Source: Octopus bimaculoides (Eukaryota). Taken from it: a DNA stretch of 48,978 bases. Below are positions 34,451 through 47,904 of this stretch, in pieces. A program made the position numbers and the translations under genes. The stretch lies in NCBI RefSeq assembly GCF_001194135.2, contig NC_069002.1, positions 27,172,848-27,221,825 of the forward strand, in the 5' to 3' direction. Below the pieces are notes generated by a model that saw nothing but the letters and a program-made list of their open reading frames with translations, did not search any database and was not told the DNA's origin. Every line of letters begins with the position of its first letter. Within the stretch, counting starts at the first letter, position 1.

Positions 34451-35645
34451 NNNNNNNNNNNNNNNNNNNNNNNNNNNNNNNNNNNNNNNNNNNNNNNNNN
34501 NNNNNNNNNNNNNNNNNNNNNNNNNNNNNNNNNNNNNNNNNNNNNNNNNNNNNNNNNNNNNNNNNNNNNNNNNNNNNNNNNNNNNNNNNNNNNNNNNNNN
34601 NNNNNNNNNNNNNNNNNNNNNNNNNNNNNNNNNNNNNNNNNNNNNNNNNNNNNNNNNNNNNNNNNNNNNNNNNNNNNNNNNNNNNNNNNNNNNNNNNNNN
34701 NNNNNNNNNNNNNNNNNNNNNNNNNNNNNNNNNNNNNNNNNNNNNNNNNNNNNNNNNNNNNNNNNNNNNNNNNNNNNNNNNNNNNNNNNNNNNNNNNNNN
34801 NNNNNNNNNNNNNNNNNNNNNNNNNNNNNNNNNNNNNNNNNNNNNNNNNNNNNNNNNNNNNNNCATGTTCTCTTACAGCTGTTTATTCTCTCAATCATAT
34901 GATACTATTTTTACTGTAACTCACTATCTAACATTTATTTAACCAATTATTACCATTATACAACCTATTACCCTGTGGCCAAGGTTTATACCAATATTAG
35001 TAATTAAAGGAGATTCAGCCTGTTGAGATGTTTTGGAAGAATATGCCTTTTACTCCTCTGACGAGATTTTGCCCCCAAAAATGTTTTAATTACTGGAATT
35101 TAATACATTTGGGCAATATTGAAACAGCTGTAAGGGAACATTTAAATTTTTTTGCAGTTAACAGATCATATTAATGTAGTATCTCCATTTTCTGGACTTT
35201 AATTTGAATACTTATAAACAAAGTTTTATACTTAAGACTGTTACTTTATGAATATTACTATTGACAACAAAATAATACGTAACAAGCCAGTAATTCATTG
35301 AATATTTTCTATCCCTTAAGGTGGTTATTTTAACCTCTGTTTAAATTTATATGTATGTGCGTGTGTGTGTATAAATTTCAATAAACATCTTATATAGTCA
35401 AAATACATTAAATCTCTACAGTCAAATGAAACTGCTAATTTATTTATTAAACATCTATGTTGGAATTTCATACACACACACACACACACACAAATATATA
35501 TGAAGGATTAAGATCCCCTTTGGTCACAAATGACCATGGAATTGCACCTAGTAAGTTCCCCTGTGAGGCACAACTCTGAGCGAGGTTGTTTGTGGAAGAT
35601 TAGCATACTAGTTTACCAATGGTGTGGAAAGGAAAGGCGTATATG

Positions 35646-35694
<49 letters not shown>

Positions 35695-35974
35695 GCATGA
35701 ATATATGTAAATATATATGTGTACAAGTATATATGTGTGTCTGTGTGTGTGTGTATGTGCATATATAAATATATATATGTGTGTGTGTGTGTATATTATA
35801 TGAATATATATGCATGCAAATGTGTGTGTCTGTGCATGCATGTATAGTTATATATCATCATCATCATCATCATCAGCTGGTTCTTGTATCCAAAAATTTC
35901 AGTTTCTTCTTGATTGAGTGGTTCCTTCATATTGGTGCCATTCATAACTGAGAAAGTCAAGTCATTGTTCACAC

Positions 35975-36072
35975 AAGCATCATTAAGTCTACCTTTCTTT
36001 CTGAGAGAGAAACCTTTTGCTGCCAACAGAGGTAATAGATGTCTGAACTTCATCCATCCTAATCTTATATAT
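35975..36072 (-). mobile_element. RTE LINE post-RT fragment
   Basis: RLGWMKFRHLLPLLAAKGFSLRKKGRLNDACV matches the RTE RI..AW..FR.L..LL.....K.RLY.ACV region. Confidence 0.7.
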
Positions 36073-36590
36073 ATGTATATATATATATATATNNNNNNNN
36101 NNNNNNNNNNNNNNNNNNNNNNNNNNNNNNNNNNNNNNNNNNNNNNNNNNNNNNNNNNNNNNNNNNNNNNNNNNNNNNNNNNNNNNNNNNNNNNNNNNNN
36201 NNNNNNNNNNNNNNNNNNNNNNNNNNNNNNNNNNNNNNNNNNNNNNNNNNNNNNNNNNNNNNNNNNNNNNNNNNNNNNNNNNNNNNNNNNNNNNNNNNNN
36301 NNNNNNNNNNNNNNNNNNNNNNNNNNNNNNNNNNNNNNNNNNNNNNNNNNNNNNNNNNNNNNNNNNNNNNNNNNNNNNNNNNNNNNNNNNNNNNNNNNNN
36401 NNNNNNNNNNNNNNNNNNNNNNNNNNNNNNNNNNNNNNNNNNNNNNNNNNNNNNNNNNNNNNNNNNNNNNNNNNNNNNNNNNNNNNNNNNNNNNNNNNNN
36501 NNNNNNNNNNNNNNNNNNNNNNNNNNNNNNNNNNNNNNNNNNNAGATTGATAGATAGACAGATATATAGATATATACATACATACATACA

Positions 36591-36626
<36 letters not shown>

Positions 36627-38944
36627 CATACATATACATATAAAAAATTTAAAAATAAAAATTACAGAAAAGACAACCAAATATCTATTTATTCATTACT
36701 AGACATAAGTTTCATAAACTACAAAACGTAAATATCTACACTACCGCACTTGAAATGTACCTGTTATAACTCTTTATTTTGATTTGAATATATCTTAAGG
36801 TATTTAGAATGCCCAAACTTATTTCTACAAATGTGCTAAGCACTGAGGCTGGTCATACTTTAATCAATAATGGTAGCAGCAAGGTAAATGCAGTAACAAT
36901 AGGGGGGTCAGTAGGGTTTCATTTAAGCGGCCGTTCAGAAATTGAACCTCCTTACGATACTCCCTGGAAGTTCGTAGTATGAAATTCATTGTCATTGTTC
37001 CGATTTGGTTGCCAATACCAAGTATTTAGTTTTAAATGCAGTAAAAATAGGGGTGGGGGTCAGTGGGGACCCAATTAGATGGCCCTTAAAAAAAGTGACC
37101 CCTTTAGGACATTCCCTGGGATTAAGGGAGTTACTGGTTTGAGTTAATAAACATACAAACATAATGGACAGAGAAACATCATTCAAATTTATAATCTTTT
37201 CTACTCAAGGCACAAGGCCCAAAATTTTTGGGGAGAGTGCCAGTCGATTAGATTGACTTCAGTATGCAACTGGTACTTAATTTATCGACCCCGAAAGAAT
37301 GTGCATAGTTTTAAGTAATTTGAGTTTCTTGACTAACTACATGAACTATGTTGGTGTCCACTTTATCAAACTATAAGGTGCAACATACTTGAATGGTTAA
37401 AAATTTTGCTTTGCAATCATGAGGTCCCAAGTTCATTCTTTCTGCATAGCACCTTGGGCAAATGATGTTTTTCATAGCCTCAAGTTGATTTAAACATTGT
37501 GAATTGATTGAGAAACACTGAGCTAGATCGATATGGTGATTGGTGGGGGTCAGTAGAATGGCGCTTGTGGTCCATGCCTGGCCTTGATTAATCTGGGCCA
37601 GGTTGCCTAGATGAGGGTGTATGTTGTAAGAACTGAAACAACCAGTGATTCCAGGATACCACAATGACGATGGGTCCATGTAGTGCATGTGTTGATATAT
37701 ATTGAACTATTGATCACTATTTATTGAATTGCATGGTTAAATAGTTGACATAAAGAGAGAGGCACTTCGAAACACCAGTAAATATATACATGAATAAACA
37801 CCGGTAAACACCGGTAAACATATACATGGAATTATGGGTACATTCCACTACCAGGTGGAATGTACCCATAATTCAAAAAGTATAGTTTTGTCACACGCTT
37901 CTATCAGGTCATATCACTCTAATTCTGCCCCAGAATTTTGCTGAGAGTATATGTGCTTGTGGAATGAACATGGGTGCATGCATCTTTGGCCCCCTTACAT
38001 ATAAACATCACTCAGAAAAAAATGGTGCTGCTCAAACAAACTGCTTTACATGAACAAAGATTTCAGCATGGAGAATAATAAATGTTCTCTTATCAGTCTC
38101 ACAATCAGAAAATAAGTCTATACGAAGACATGTGCTCAATGGTGTTACAGTTCACTAATTTTGATATGAAAGAATAATGGAAAAATAATTTTAAAAAGTG
38201 TTGTCATTAACTGGGTCAAGATATGAAAGGGATCTAGGAAAAGGTGTTGTTAAACAATTCATTTTGAGTAGGGTACCATGAAGCAAAAATAAACAGGTTA
38301 ATTCATGTGTGAAAAACAGATTACGTAAGCATTCCTTGTTAATAATGAAATGTCTTTCTTAAATCTTGGTTTATTACTTTAATATGTGTCAGTGATTTTA
38401 ATGTTACATAATTAATCTGGAGTGAAAAAGGGTTTATCTCTTTTAATAATTTAGTCAATGTAACCCTATTCTATAAATAAGCCAAGTATGTTGCTGGGTT
38501 TTAGTCACTAGACTGTGTATGTATGTTGAGGTATCATTTTCAAATGAAGTTCAGCACTGGTATTTATTTTATACTAGCATTGAAGCCGCCCTTTGGGCAG
38601 CATTCAGGCTAGCTCCTGCAGAGGGCACATTTGAGGTAATCATATACAGAGTAGTAAACACATACACACATAAACATATACACAAATACACAAACACATA
38701 CTCACACACAAATATAGACATATACACACACCAACACTGAATTGTATGGTTAAATAGTTGACATAAAGAGAGAGGAATTTTGAAACACTGGTACACACAA
38801 ACACACATAAACACACAGACAAATACATACATGTGCGCGCGCACACACACATACATATATACATGCATATATCCTGGCAGTGAACCCTCGGTAAGCCCAA
38901 AATACAAATCTATTTCATCTGTAGGACCTACAGATAAAGCCAGC

Positions 38945-39592
38945 CCACTTATGTGTACCTTTTGTTCATTGGACACTAAACTCCGCTTGCTTGTGAAAAC
39001 CTGTTGAGGCAAGTGAAATCGAAATCGAACTAAATTCGACGACTGGCACCCATGCCAACGTCGTCTCGTTCATTGGACACAAAACTCGGCTTGCAAAGAC
39101 CTGTTGGGGCAAGCGAAAGCGAAATTGTGATGNNNNNNNNNNNNNNNNNNNNNNNNNNNNNNNNNNNNNNNNNNNNNNNNNNNNNNNNNNNNNNNNNNNN
39201 NNNNNNNNNNNNNNNNNNNNNNNNNNNNNNNNNNNNNNNNNAGCGTCGCCTCTCTGGCACTTGTGCCCGTGGCATGTGTAAGGACTTTCGAGCGAAATCG
39301 TTGCCAGTGCCCCTGGACTGGCTCTTGTGCGGGTAGCACGTAAAATACACCATTTTGAGCGTGGCCGTTGCCAGTACCGCCTGACTGGCCTTCGTGCCAG
39401 TGGCACGTAAAAGCACCCACTACACTCTCGGAGTGGTTGGCATTAGGAAGGGCATCTAGCTGTAGAAACTCTGCCAAATCAGATTGGAGCCTGGTGTAGC
39501 CATCTGGTTTCACCAGTCCTCAGTCAAATCGTCCAACCCATGCCAGCATGGAAAGCAGACGTTAAACGACGATGATGAGGATGATGATGATT
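38945..39592 (+). mobile_element. RTE-tailed repeat with internal tandem subrepeats (contains a gap)
   Basis: Tandem units TTCATTGGACAC..CCTGTTG.GGCAAG.GAAA at ~38965 and ~39070, then the RTE 3' module and (GAT)n. Confidence 0.7.
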
Positions 39593-40674
39593 TATGTTCT
39601 CATTAATGGTCCCCACTCTGTTTTTGTTGATGACCTTTAAGCTCTACTTGAGTAATATCCCTGACACCAGGAAGTAGTCAAAAGACGTGATGGCCACATA
39701 TGGGTTGTCTTTGATCTATTCGATCAAGACTGGCTATGAACTAAAACTAGAACACCATATGTCCTTGATCCTAGCCATTTAACAGACTGCCCAAGAAAAT
39801 AATGACAAACGTAAAATATAGGCCAGCACCAAATATGTTCAAGTTGTTATTGTATAAACATCCACGTATGAACTTGCATGTGTGTGTGTGTGTGTGTGTC
39901 AGTTCCTGTGTGTGTGTGCGTGAGTATTGCTGGTGGGTCCCTGTGTTTGTGTGTGCGAATTTTTGTGTGTATGACGGTGGGTATTGATGTAGGTGGATGC
40001 ATGTGTGTACGTAAGAGAGAGAGAGAGAGAGTATGTGTGTGAGAGAGAGACAGACAGAGTGTGTGCGAGTGTGTGTGTGTGTGTTTATGTGTGTGCGTAT
40101 GTGAAAGTCCCAGTGTGTCTGTGCAAATCTTTGTATAGTTGGATGCATGTGTGTGAGTCCGTGTTTGTGTGGGAGAGAAAAAAGAGGGAACGAGAGAGGT
40201 GAAAGAGCGTGTGTCTGTATAAATTTTGCATGTGTGCGTGTGTCTATGAGTCACGGTGTGTGTGTATGATGTATGGACAGATGAATGTGTGAAATCCCAG
40301 CGCGTGTGTATAAACGTGCTTGTGCGAGTGGTTGTTTGGGTGGGTACCTGTGTACACGCATGTCTGAGTCAGTGAGTGAGGGTTTGTATGCCTGTTTGCA
40401 ATTTTTTTTTGTCTGCTTACTACAAACGGCTTTGTGAACCGTCATCATATGATTGTCACATGAAAACAAATCCTGTCATCAATGTTTTCATTAGGAGAAA
40501 AAATAAACTTTCCACTTCGTTTCGAGAAATACCTCTACATTAGACTAACATATGCGTGACAACAATTTCTTTCCGACGACAAACGACTAACTTGACTAAT
40601 GACACACTTGACTAACGACTAATTCGGTCAATGGTTAACTTCATCAATAACTAACAAGACAAATAGAATCCTTT

Positions 40675-40876
40675 CACCAAAAGGCACAAGGTCTGAAATC
40701 TGGGGGTGGGTATAAATCGATTACAGCGGCTCCAGTACTCGATTTTATCGACCCCAAAAGAGTAAAAGACAAAACCGAACCTGGCGGAATTTGAACTCAG
40801 AACGTCAAGACTGACGAAATGCCGCTAAGCGTTTTTCCCCAGGCGTGCTAACGATTCTGCCAGCTAAGTTGCCTTC
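40675..40876 (-). mobile_element. SINE family B copy
   Basis: Reverse complement of head, core and tail. Similar fragments at 28290-28470, 33670-33750 and 37205-37295. Confidence 0.75.
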
Positions 40877-41340
40877 TAAAAGCCAATAGAATAATGAATA
40901 ACTACCTAATGACTAACTCAACTAATGGATATCTAGACTGATGACTAACTAGACAAATGGCCAACTTGACTAATTACTAACTAGACTAATGGATAAAAAG
41001 CATAATGAATAACAACCTAAAGACTTACTCGACTAAAGGATAAATAGAATAATGGATATCTAGACTAATGACTAACTTGACTAATTACTAACTAGACTAA
41101 AGGATAAAATGAATAATGAATAACAACCTAAAGACTAACTCGACTAAAGGATAAATAGAATAATGGATATCTAGACTAATGACTAACTTAACTAATTATT
41201 AACTAGACTAATGAATAAATAGAATAATGAACAACCTACCTACTGACTACAAGATGAATGGATGACTTGACTAATGACTAAATAGATAACTTGACTAATG
41301 ACTAAGTAGATTAATGACTGACTAATGGATAATAGATAAA
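40870..41340. repeat. 111-bp minisatellite built from GACTAA/GAATAA subunits, ~4 units
   Basis: Equivalent CTAGACTAA positions at 40981, 41092 and 41203 (111-bp period). Confidence 0.85.
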
Positions 41341-42516
41341 AGAAATTGATTGCATTAAGATTATGTTAGTCTACAGATGGCATCACATTCCAATGTTTTT
41401 GATTTTTGTTTTAGCATTATTGAAGACATTGAGAATATTTAATTCTGCTCGGCAAACACAAAAGTATCAACGTCACTATATAAGGGGAACAAAGGATGGC
41501 GATGGTTTGTTTGTGTTTTTTAAACTTGAAGTTCACACAACCGCCAGAAGTATGGGAACCAATTCTTGCTGCTGCAAGTAGAGCAGTGGTGAAGAAACTT
41601 TTTAGTGCGGCGGACAAAAAAGGGTCTGCAGCGGGATCACAAGTTCTAACTCTTATATCTGTGTAGAACTTGTATATATCTATGTATAATTCGAGACACA
41701 TTAATAAAGATAAGTTTAACGCATTAAATTAACACGTAACATCTTCATTAATGCCGCCACTGAATGTAAGACGTTTACATTACTTATGAGGTATTCTATA
41801 GTTTTCAGATAGAGTGTAGTTGGGTCTCAAGGGGCTGGTACAAACTTAGCAATATGTGTTTCATAGTGAAAACAAAATTTCCATTCAGATGGCAATTGTC
41901 AGACGATTTTCTGTTCGAGTCTAAACGTTTCAAGTCGTAGTTGAAACGTTTACGAGTATTGCATAAATTTTGTAATCGAAAAATTTACTATACTTTGTAC
42001 ATACGAGTATACAAACCTACGGGCACAATAAAATGGGCCCGCGGGCGGGGAGTTCCCTGCCCCTGAATTAGAGGATACTAAACAAACATCAACGAACTAT
42101 GCGTTTTCACATTCCTCCTCCTCCTCCTCTTCTTCATCATCATTATCCCCTACCCCCACCCCAAATCAGCAAATATTTCTGGTTTATACCTTAACTAGAA
42201 TTAATAAATAATCTTTTATGTTTAAAATTACACCGTAACAAGAATAAAGTTAGCCAAACCGGTTTGGACGGCCAGTCAGTAAGAACTTTTGCCATTTATC
42301 TGTTACCCTTTTATTTGTTTCAGTCACTGAACTTCGGCCATGCTGGGGCACCGGCTCGAAGGGTTTTAGTCGAACAAATCGACACTAGCTGTTCTCTAAA
42401 CATAACTGCGCACTAACGTTGTACATCCAGAGAAGCATGCTAGCTTCACTCTAGTTTTCGCAAATCACCAACAGTCACACATACGCACACACATATACAC
42501 ACTATATATATATATA

Positions 42517-42796
42517 AGCCTTGTGAGTGGATTTGGTAGACGGAAACTGAAAGAAGCCCGTCGTATATATGTATATATATATGTATGTGTGTCTGTGTTT
42601 GTCCTCCCACCATCGCTTGACAACCGATGCTGGTGTGTTTACGTCCCCGTAACTTAGCGGTTCGGCAAAAAGAGACCGATAGAATAAGTACTAGGCTTAC
42701 AAAGAATAAGTCCTGGGGTCGATTTGCTCGACTAAAGGCGGTGCTCCAGCATGGCCGCAGTCAAATGACTGAAACAAGTAAAAGAGAGAGAGCGAG
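42517..42796 (+). mobile_element. SINE family A copy at the 5' end of the Penelope-like ORF
   Basis: Near-identical to 4113-4436. Confidence 0.85.
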
Positions 42797-45468
42797 TATA
42801 CCACCTAAGAATGTTTAAACGAAGAAACTAATATCTAAAATCAATGAATTCATCCACAGACTCAGATGGAGAGCCTTGTATTTTGTCAATAAATAAGATA
42901 CACATAATATAAACACCATTAGAGAAATGGAGAAAATATCTAGAAACTTCAAAACCAAGAAAATCCCGCAACCTAATCACCACCTTGAAGCATTTGAACA
43001 GGAATTATGGACCATTATCAAAAATACTAAATTTATCAAACACTCAGAAGAAATACACACCAGAGAAAACTCAAGTATTTATCACGAAATCTAAAAACCA
43101 AGGACGGAAATATTGTGCATTCGGAGACAACTAGCAAAGCATATAACCTTAACATCGATGTGTATCATGATGTACCAAAAAATGAAATCACAAAAAATAC
43201 AAAATAGTAAACAAAGATGTACTTAGAACAATTCATTTAGATGCAAAAAAGATTATGTCTGAACTTCGTATCGATGATAGAACTGAACCGTTTATATCTA
43301 TTAGACTTCGGATAATATTAAAAGCCCATAAAGACAACTTCTAAACCAACCCTAAAGCTAGATTAATATGCCCTGGAAAGTCAGACTTAGGTAGGTTAAG
43401 CAAAATAATTCCAGATAAATGTATGTCCATACTTGGAAATAAAATATCCCTTGAACTATGGTCTAACACTCAGGAAGCTATTAGTTGGTTCAATAACATA
43501 CAAAATAAGGATAAATATAAATTCTTACAAATAGACATTGACAATTATTATTCCTCCATCAACCCTATTGTACTAAAAAGTACACCTCCTTTTGGAAAAA
43601 ATATACTAACCTTAATATGAATGAAATTAATGTTAGCCCGTAAATCTATAATCAACTCTGACAATAAATTTTGGACATGAAAAGATACATTAATTGCTTT
43701 GATATCACAATGGGTGCCACAGACTCTGCCCAAGTGACATATCTTGTTGGACTTTAACTCTTCTATGACTTGCATGAAGAATTTCTGGAAATTAGGGGTG
43801 GATTATATAGGGATGATGCACTTTTTGTCATCAAAAATACATGTAATAGAAAACTGGAATTATTTTGGAAAAGATTTTATAAATTTTTCAAAAGACACGG
43901 ACTTTCTATCTCTATTGAAGAAGATAATAACTCAGTTAACTTTTTAGATGTTAATTTCAATCTCATAACTGGTATGCATGAACCTTTCCGTAAATTAAAT
44001 TCCAATTTAAGCTACATTAATTTCCAAAGTAATCATCCAAGATCAATTAAAAACACATTAGCTTCCAACATTAGAAAGAGACTAACATATTTATCGTCTG
44101 ATGAGGAAATATTTAATAAACATGCGGATGACTATAACATAATTTTAGCAAACGCTGGATATAGAGACAAAATTAAAAAAAAACATCGACAAAACAGTAT
44201 TAATAAATACGATAGAACTAATTACAAGCCAAAAAATAAAGTTTTGTAATACCACTGTAGCTAGAAATAGAAGTAAAAATAAATGTAGAATTAGTAATTC
44301 ACCTATTAATAAACCAGCAAGTGATAATGATAATAAACCCAAAATTAATAAGAATCAACCTCACAATAGTAAACACAATATAGAAAAAATTAATATTAAA
44401 TTATCTTATAAAGCTATGATTAAAATGAAACAATCAATTAACAATTATAATTATCTCTATAATAATAAAAAGTACAATTAATAAATATGATGATATGAAT
44501 AATCAAATAATCACCTCAAATACCAGCACCACTGTTAATCCACATAATGTTCTGAATAATAATATTAAACCACACACTCCTTTTATTAGCTCTAATAAAT
44601 CTAAAAGGGATTATGAAATACCTATAAATAATAATCGTCTCGATGAATCTAATAAGATTTGGTTAAATATTTCAAATGCAATGCAAATTAAAAATAGCAT
44701 CGTCAAATCCATATTTAGGGCCATTCATAAACATTTTAACATCGACAATAGATACAATTAAATTGTAAACCACAAAAATGTCCACATTGGTTTTAGCCTA
44801 ACTCCTAATTTGTTTACAATTATATCATCAATTAACGACAGAAAAGTAAATAAAAGTAAATAAATTCTACACCAATAGAAACAACCATGACAATTCTACT
44901 AATTCTCCTAAACTTAAACCAAGCCTCCCAAACTGCACCAAATTTAATGATAACGGCCATATAATCCCCTGTGATGGAAGGGAAGTAACCCATACTAATT
45001 CCCTTAATATAAATTCCTCCAATAAATACACGCATAAAAACGTTAATGGATATTGTGACTGCAAAGTTAAATCGAATTGTAAATTTAAGAATTCATGTAA
45101 GAGAAGAAATGTAGTTTATCAATGCCCAGTTGAAGCTCTGGGAAATTTTTTTTTATTTAGGTTCAACCGAAAATAAAGTAAAGACCCGCGTAGCTAACCA
45201 TCTCCTAACTTTTAAAAATAAACAAAAAATTAACTCCACTGGATTAAGTAAGTTTATTTGGGAATAGAAGGATAATAATGAATTTGAAACTAAATGGGAT
45301 AATCTTGCTTCTGCAACGGCTTACAAAATTAATGAGAAGAAATGCAACTTGTGCATAGAAGAAACATTTAAAATACTCACTGCCAATAATATCCTACTTA
45401 ACTTACGAAAAGAGACAATTATTTCTTATATTCACGTGGGAAAATATGTGTTCTCTAAATTTAAGTAA
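42797..45468 (+). mobile_element. Penelope-like retroelement (C-terminal GIY-YIG type, Neptune/Nematis-like), near full-length and decayed
   Basis: Fragmented ORF with stops and frameshifts: EFIHRLRWRALYF, HKDNF..NPKARLICPGKSDLGR, FLQIDIDNYYSSI, FDITMGA, GLYRDD, VNFLDVNFNL, SNHP; then CDC..C..C..NVVYQC...YLGSTEN..R..H and CNLCIEE..LN.RKE. The 5' end abuts a SINE (42517-42796). Confidence 0.92.
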
Positions 45469-46287
45469 TTAATAAATATATAATTAAATCTTAGAATAGC
45501 ATAAATATGCTGTATAATATAATATAATATAAACATTAATAACTGTTTGACATTAAGATGTGCCTCTCACTGAAGAATTTGTATAAACTTTTGAAGCTCG
45601 CTAATATAATTCTCTTCCTCCCAAATATTTACTTAACTAAACTACTAATAATAATGACTATAAACATTACATCTCTAATTATTGTTGCCCCTATTACCTT
45701 ACATTAATAACCACCTGTACATATTGTTAGTAACCATTTAATAACCTTTGAACATACATACACTCTTTGATAATCATTAATATGTATGTGTATGTATGTG
45801 TGCGTATATATGTATGTATATATGTATATATATATATATATATATATNNNNNNNNNNNNNNNNNNNNNNNNNNNNNNNNNNNNNNNNNNNNNNNNNNNNN
45901 NNNNNNNNNNNNNNNNNNNNNNNNNNNNNNNNNNNNNNNNNNNNNNNNNNNNNNNNNNNNNNNNNNNNNNNNNNNNNNNNNNNNNNNNNNNNNNNNNNNN
46001 NNNNNNNNNNNNNNNNNNNNNNNNNNNNNNNNNNNNNNNNNNNNNNNNNNNNNNNNNNNNNNNNNNNNNNNNNNNNNNNNNNNTATATATATATATATAT
46101 ATATATATATGACAGCGAAAGCTGATTAGATCATTTTATCTAAACTGGAACGCAAGATTTCCACGTTTATATTTGAATATTTTGCGTTTCTATAATATTA
46201 TTTGCTTTTATTCATTCCCTAAGTTGATGGTCATATAACAACAAGCCAGCCGACACTAAAATTCTGTAGTGAAACTTCCTAATCAAT

Positions 46288-46332
46288 GTAACTGAAGAGA
46301 CCCTGACTGATGGGTCGAAACATATGTTGTAC
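46288..46332 (+). ncRNA. Minimal type I hammerhead ribozyme motif (Penelope-type)
   Basis: CUGAAGA (46292-98); stem II GACCC/GGGUC; GAAAC-AUAU-GUU with palindromic AACAUAUGUU; stem I gua/uac plus one A.G mismatch; AATAAA at 46335. Confidence 0.7.
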
Positions 46333-47829
46333 CTAATAAAAATCTAATACGAAATCCATCTCCTACAATTAATATTATATATATACAAAAACGTTTAATA
46401 TACTTTGTAGTATATCGTGGTTGCCTAACGAAATACGATAACCCTACACATCATTAATATTTATGCACCAGCTTCCAGGAATGTATTTAACATGTAGAAA
46501 TGGTGTATCCAATTGTGTTACACTGCTTTATTTAGTGGTTATTTAAACAACATGTTCGCAGATAGTTAATAAGTTGGATGGGCACGAATGGAAAGAACAA
46601 AATCTCCTGAAACATGTCATATATACCCGTTACCCATTTTTCAGTTTCATTGTTATTTACATCAGGCGTATTCAAATATGAATTGTTGTTACAAATGGCT
46701 GTAATTTCAATAGAAAATCTATAGAGATAACCTTAACAAGAGATGTAGTAACACTGCTAACGCAGTAGAACATGATATTGGCTTATAAAAACGTTTAATA
46801 TACTTTATAGTATATTATGGTTGCATAACGAAATACGGTGTCCTATAAGTCATTGGTATTCAATTAAACAGTTTGGCTTTCCGTCACAATGGTTCCTCTT
46901 CTTCATCATCCTCGTTATCTCTTCTCTTAATACTTGCCTTGCTAATCCAGAGTCATTCCCTGTTTCTTATAAACAAATTCTAACATCATCTTCAGCGACA
47001 TCTGTTTTACCTGACCTTTGAAGTCTGAGAGAAAATCATTTGGCTTCAATCCGTGAAAATTATATTCCAGCCACATATCGTACATACAAGATCTGTCGTG
47101 TTGTGTATGGCGATTATTGCGAACAGTAAAAGCTACATTATTATTCTGAATCTATTAGCTAAGCATAAGTATCACCGAAAAAATGAGTAATCCTGCAAGA
47201 GACTGGCGTCCCGCCCACAGGGGAAATACATAGGCCACAGAAACCGCGAAACTGGCCCTATGAGTCTATAAGACTTGGAAAGGATCACTATCCTTTCATA
47301 TAAGTGTATATAGTATCACTGAAAATGAAAGTGAAAACATATTGTTGCTCCGACGTAATTTAATAATTGTTTCGGGAAGTGTGTTATGCATAGTTAATTA
47401 TGATTTAATTATGTAATGACATTGCAAAAGTATGATCGTACTAAGAAGTAGCTTCAGTTTGTAAATATTCAATGAATCTGGATTTATGCAAATTTTCAAG
47501 ACAATAATGTTGAGATTATTTGAGGGTAATATATGAACATATATTAAAGACATAAAATACACAATACCTTCTTCCCCTATGTTGGATTGATGCCTTCTTT
47601 AACCGCCTCTTTTTGTAAATATGCTATCAGTTAACGGTTTGTAGCCGTTATCTCAACATGTATTTCTAATCGGTATATCATTACTACCTATGAAGAGATT
47701 CATCTTCTGATTTTAATTTTATAAATTATCTAAAGACTGGTGAATTGAAACAGCTGTCAGAAATGTTGTCATATTTCATAATTAATAAATAATATTCTAT
47801 TAATTACCTCTCCATTTTCTCCTTATTCG

Positions 47830-47899
<70 letters not shown>

Positions 47900-47904
47900 A
47901 TGCA

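Noticed and set aside
39610-39790. TLFFVDDL..KLY, a possible RLE-LINE RT catalytic motif
   Set aside because: Short, frameshifted and stop-ridden, so the support is insufficient.
2335-41340. Tandem arrays as CRISPR-like repeats
   Set aside because: They have no unique spacers, and the context is eukaryotic; they are ordinary minisatellites.
41585-41640. hAT-like terminus CAGTGGTGAAGAAACTTTTT and the overlapping 72-94-aa ORFs
   Set aside because: No partner TIR or TSD found, and the ORFs lack recognisable motifs.
42225-42295. MAKVLTDWPSKPVWLTLFLLR on the minus strand as a possible signal-peptide first exon
   Set aside because: No acceptable donor at a suitable position (only GTGTAA), and the hydrophobic stretch is short.
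451-46129. Long ORFs in the track spanning N-runs (e.g. 451-1344, 3267-4320, 8553-9470, 12273-13032, 16363-16897, 32736-33198, 34407-34902, 35796-36702, 45767-46129)
   Set aside because: They are open only because Ns contain no stops, and their flanks are microsatellite translations. The single exception is the 40-nt exon piece at 34411-34450.
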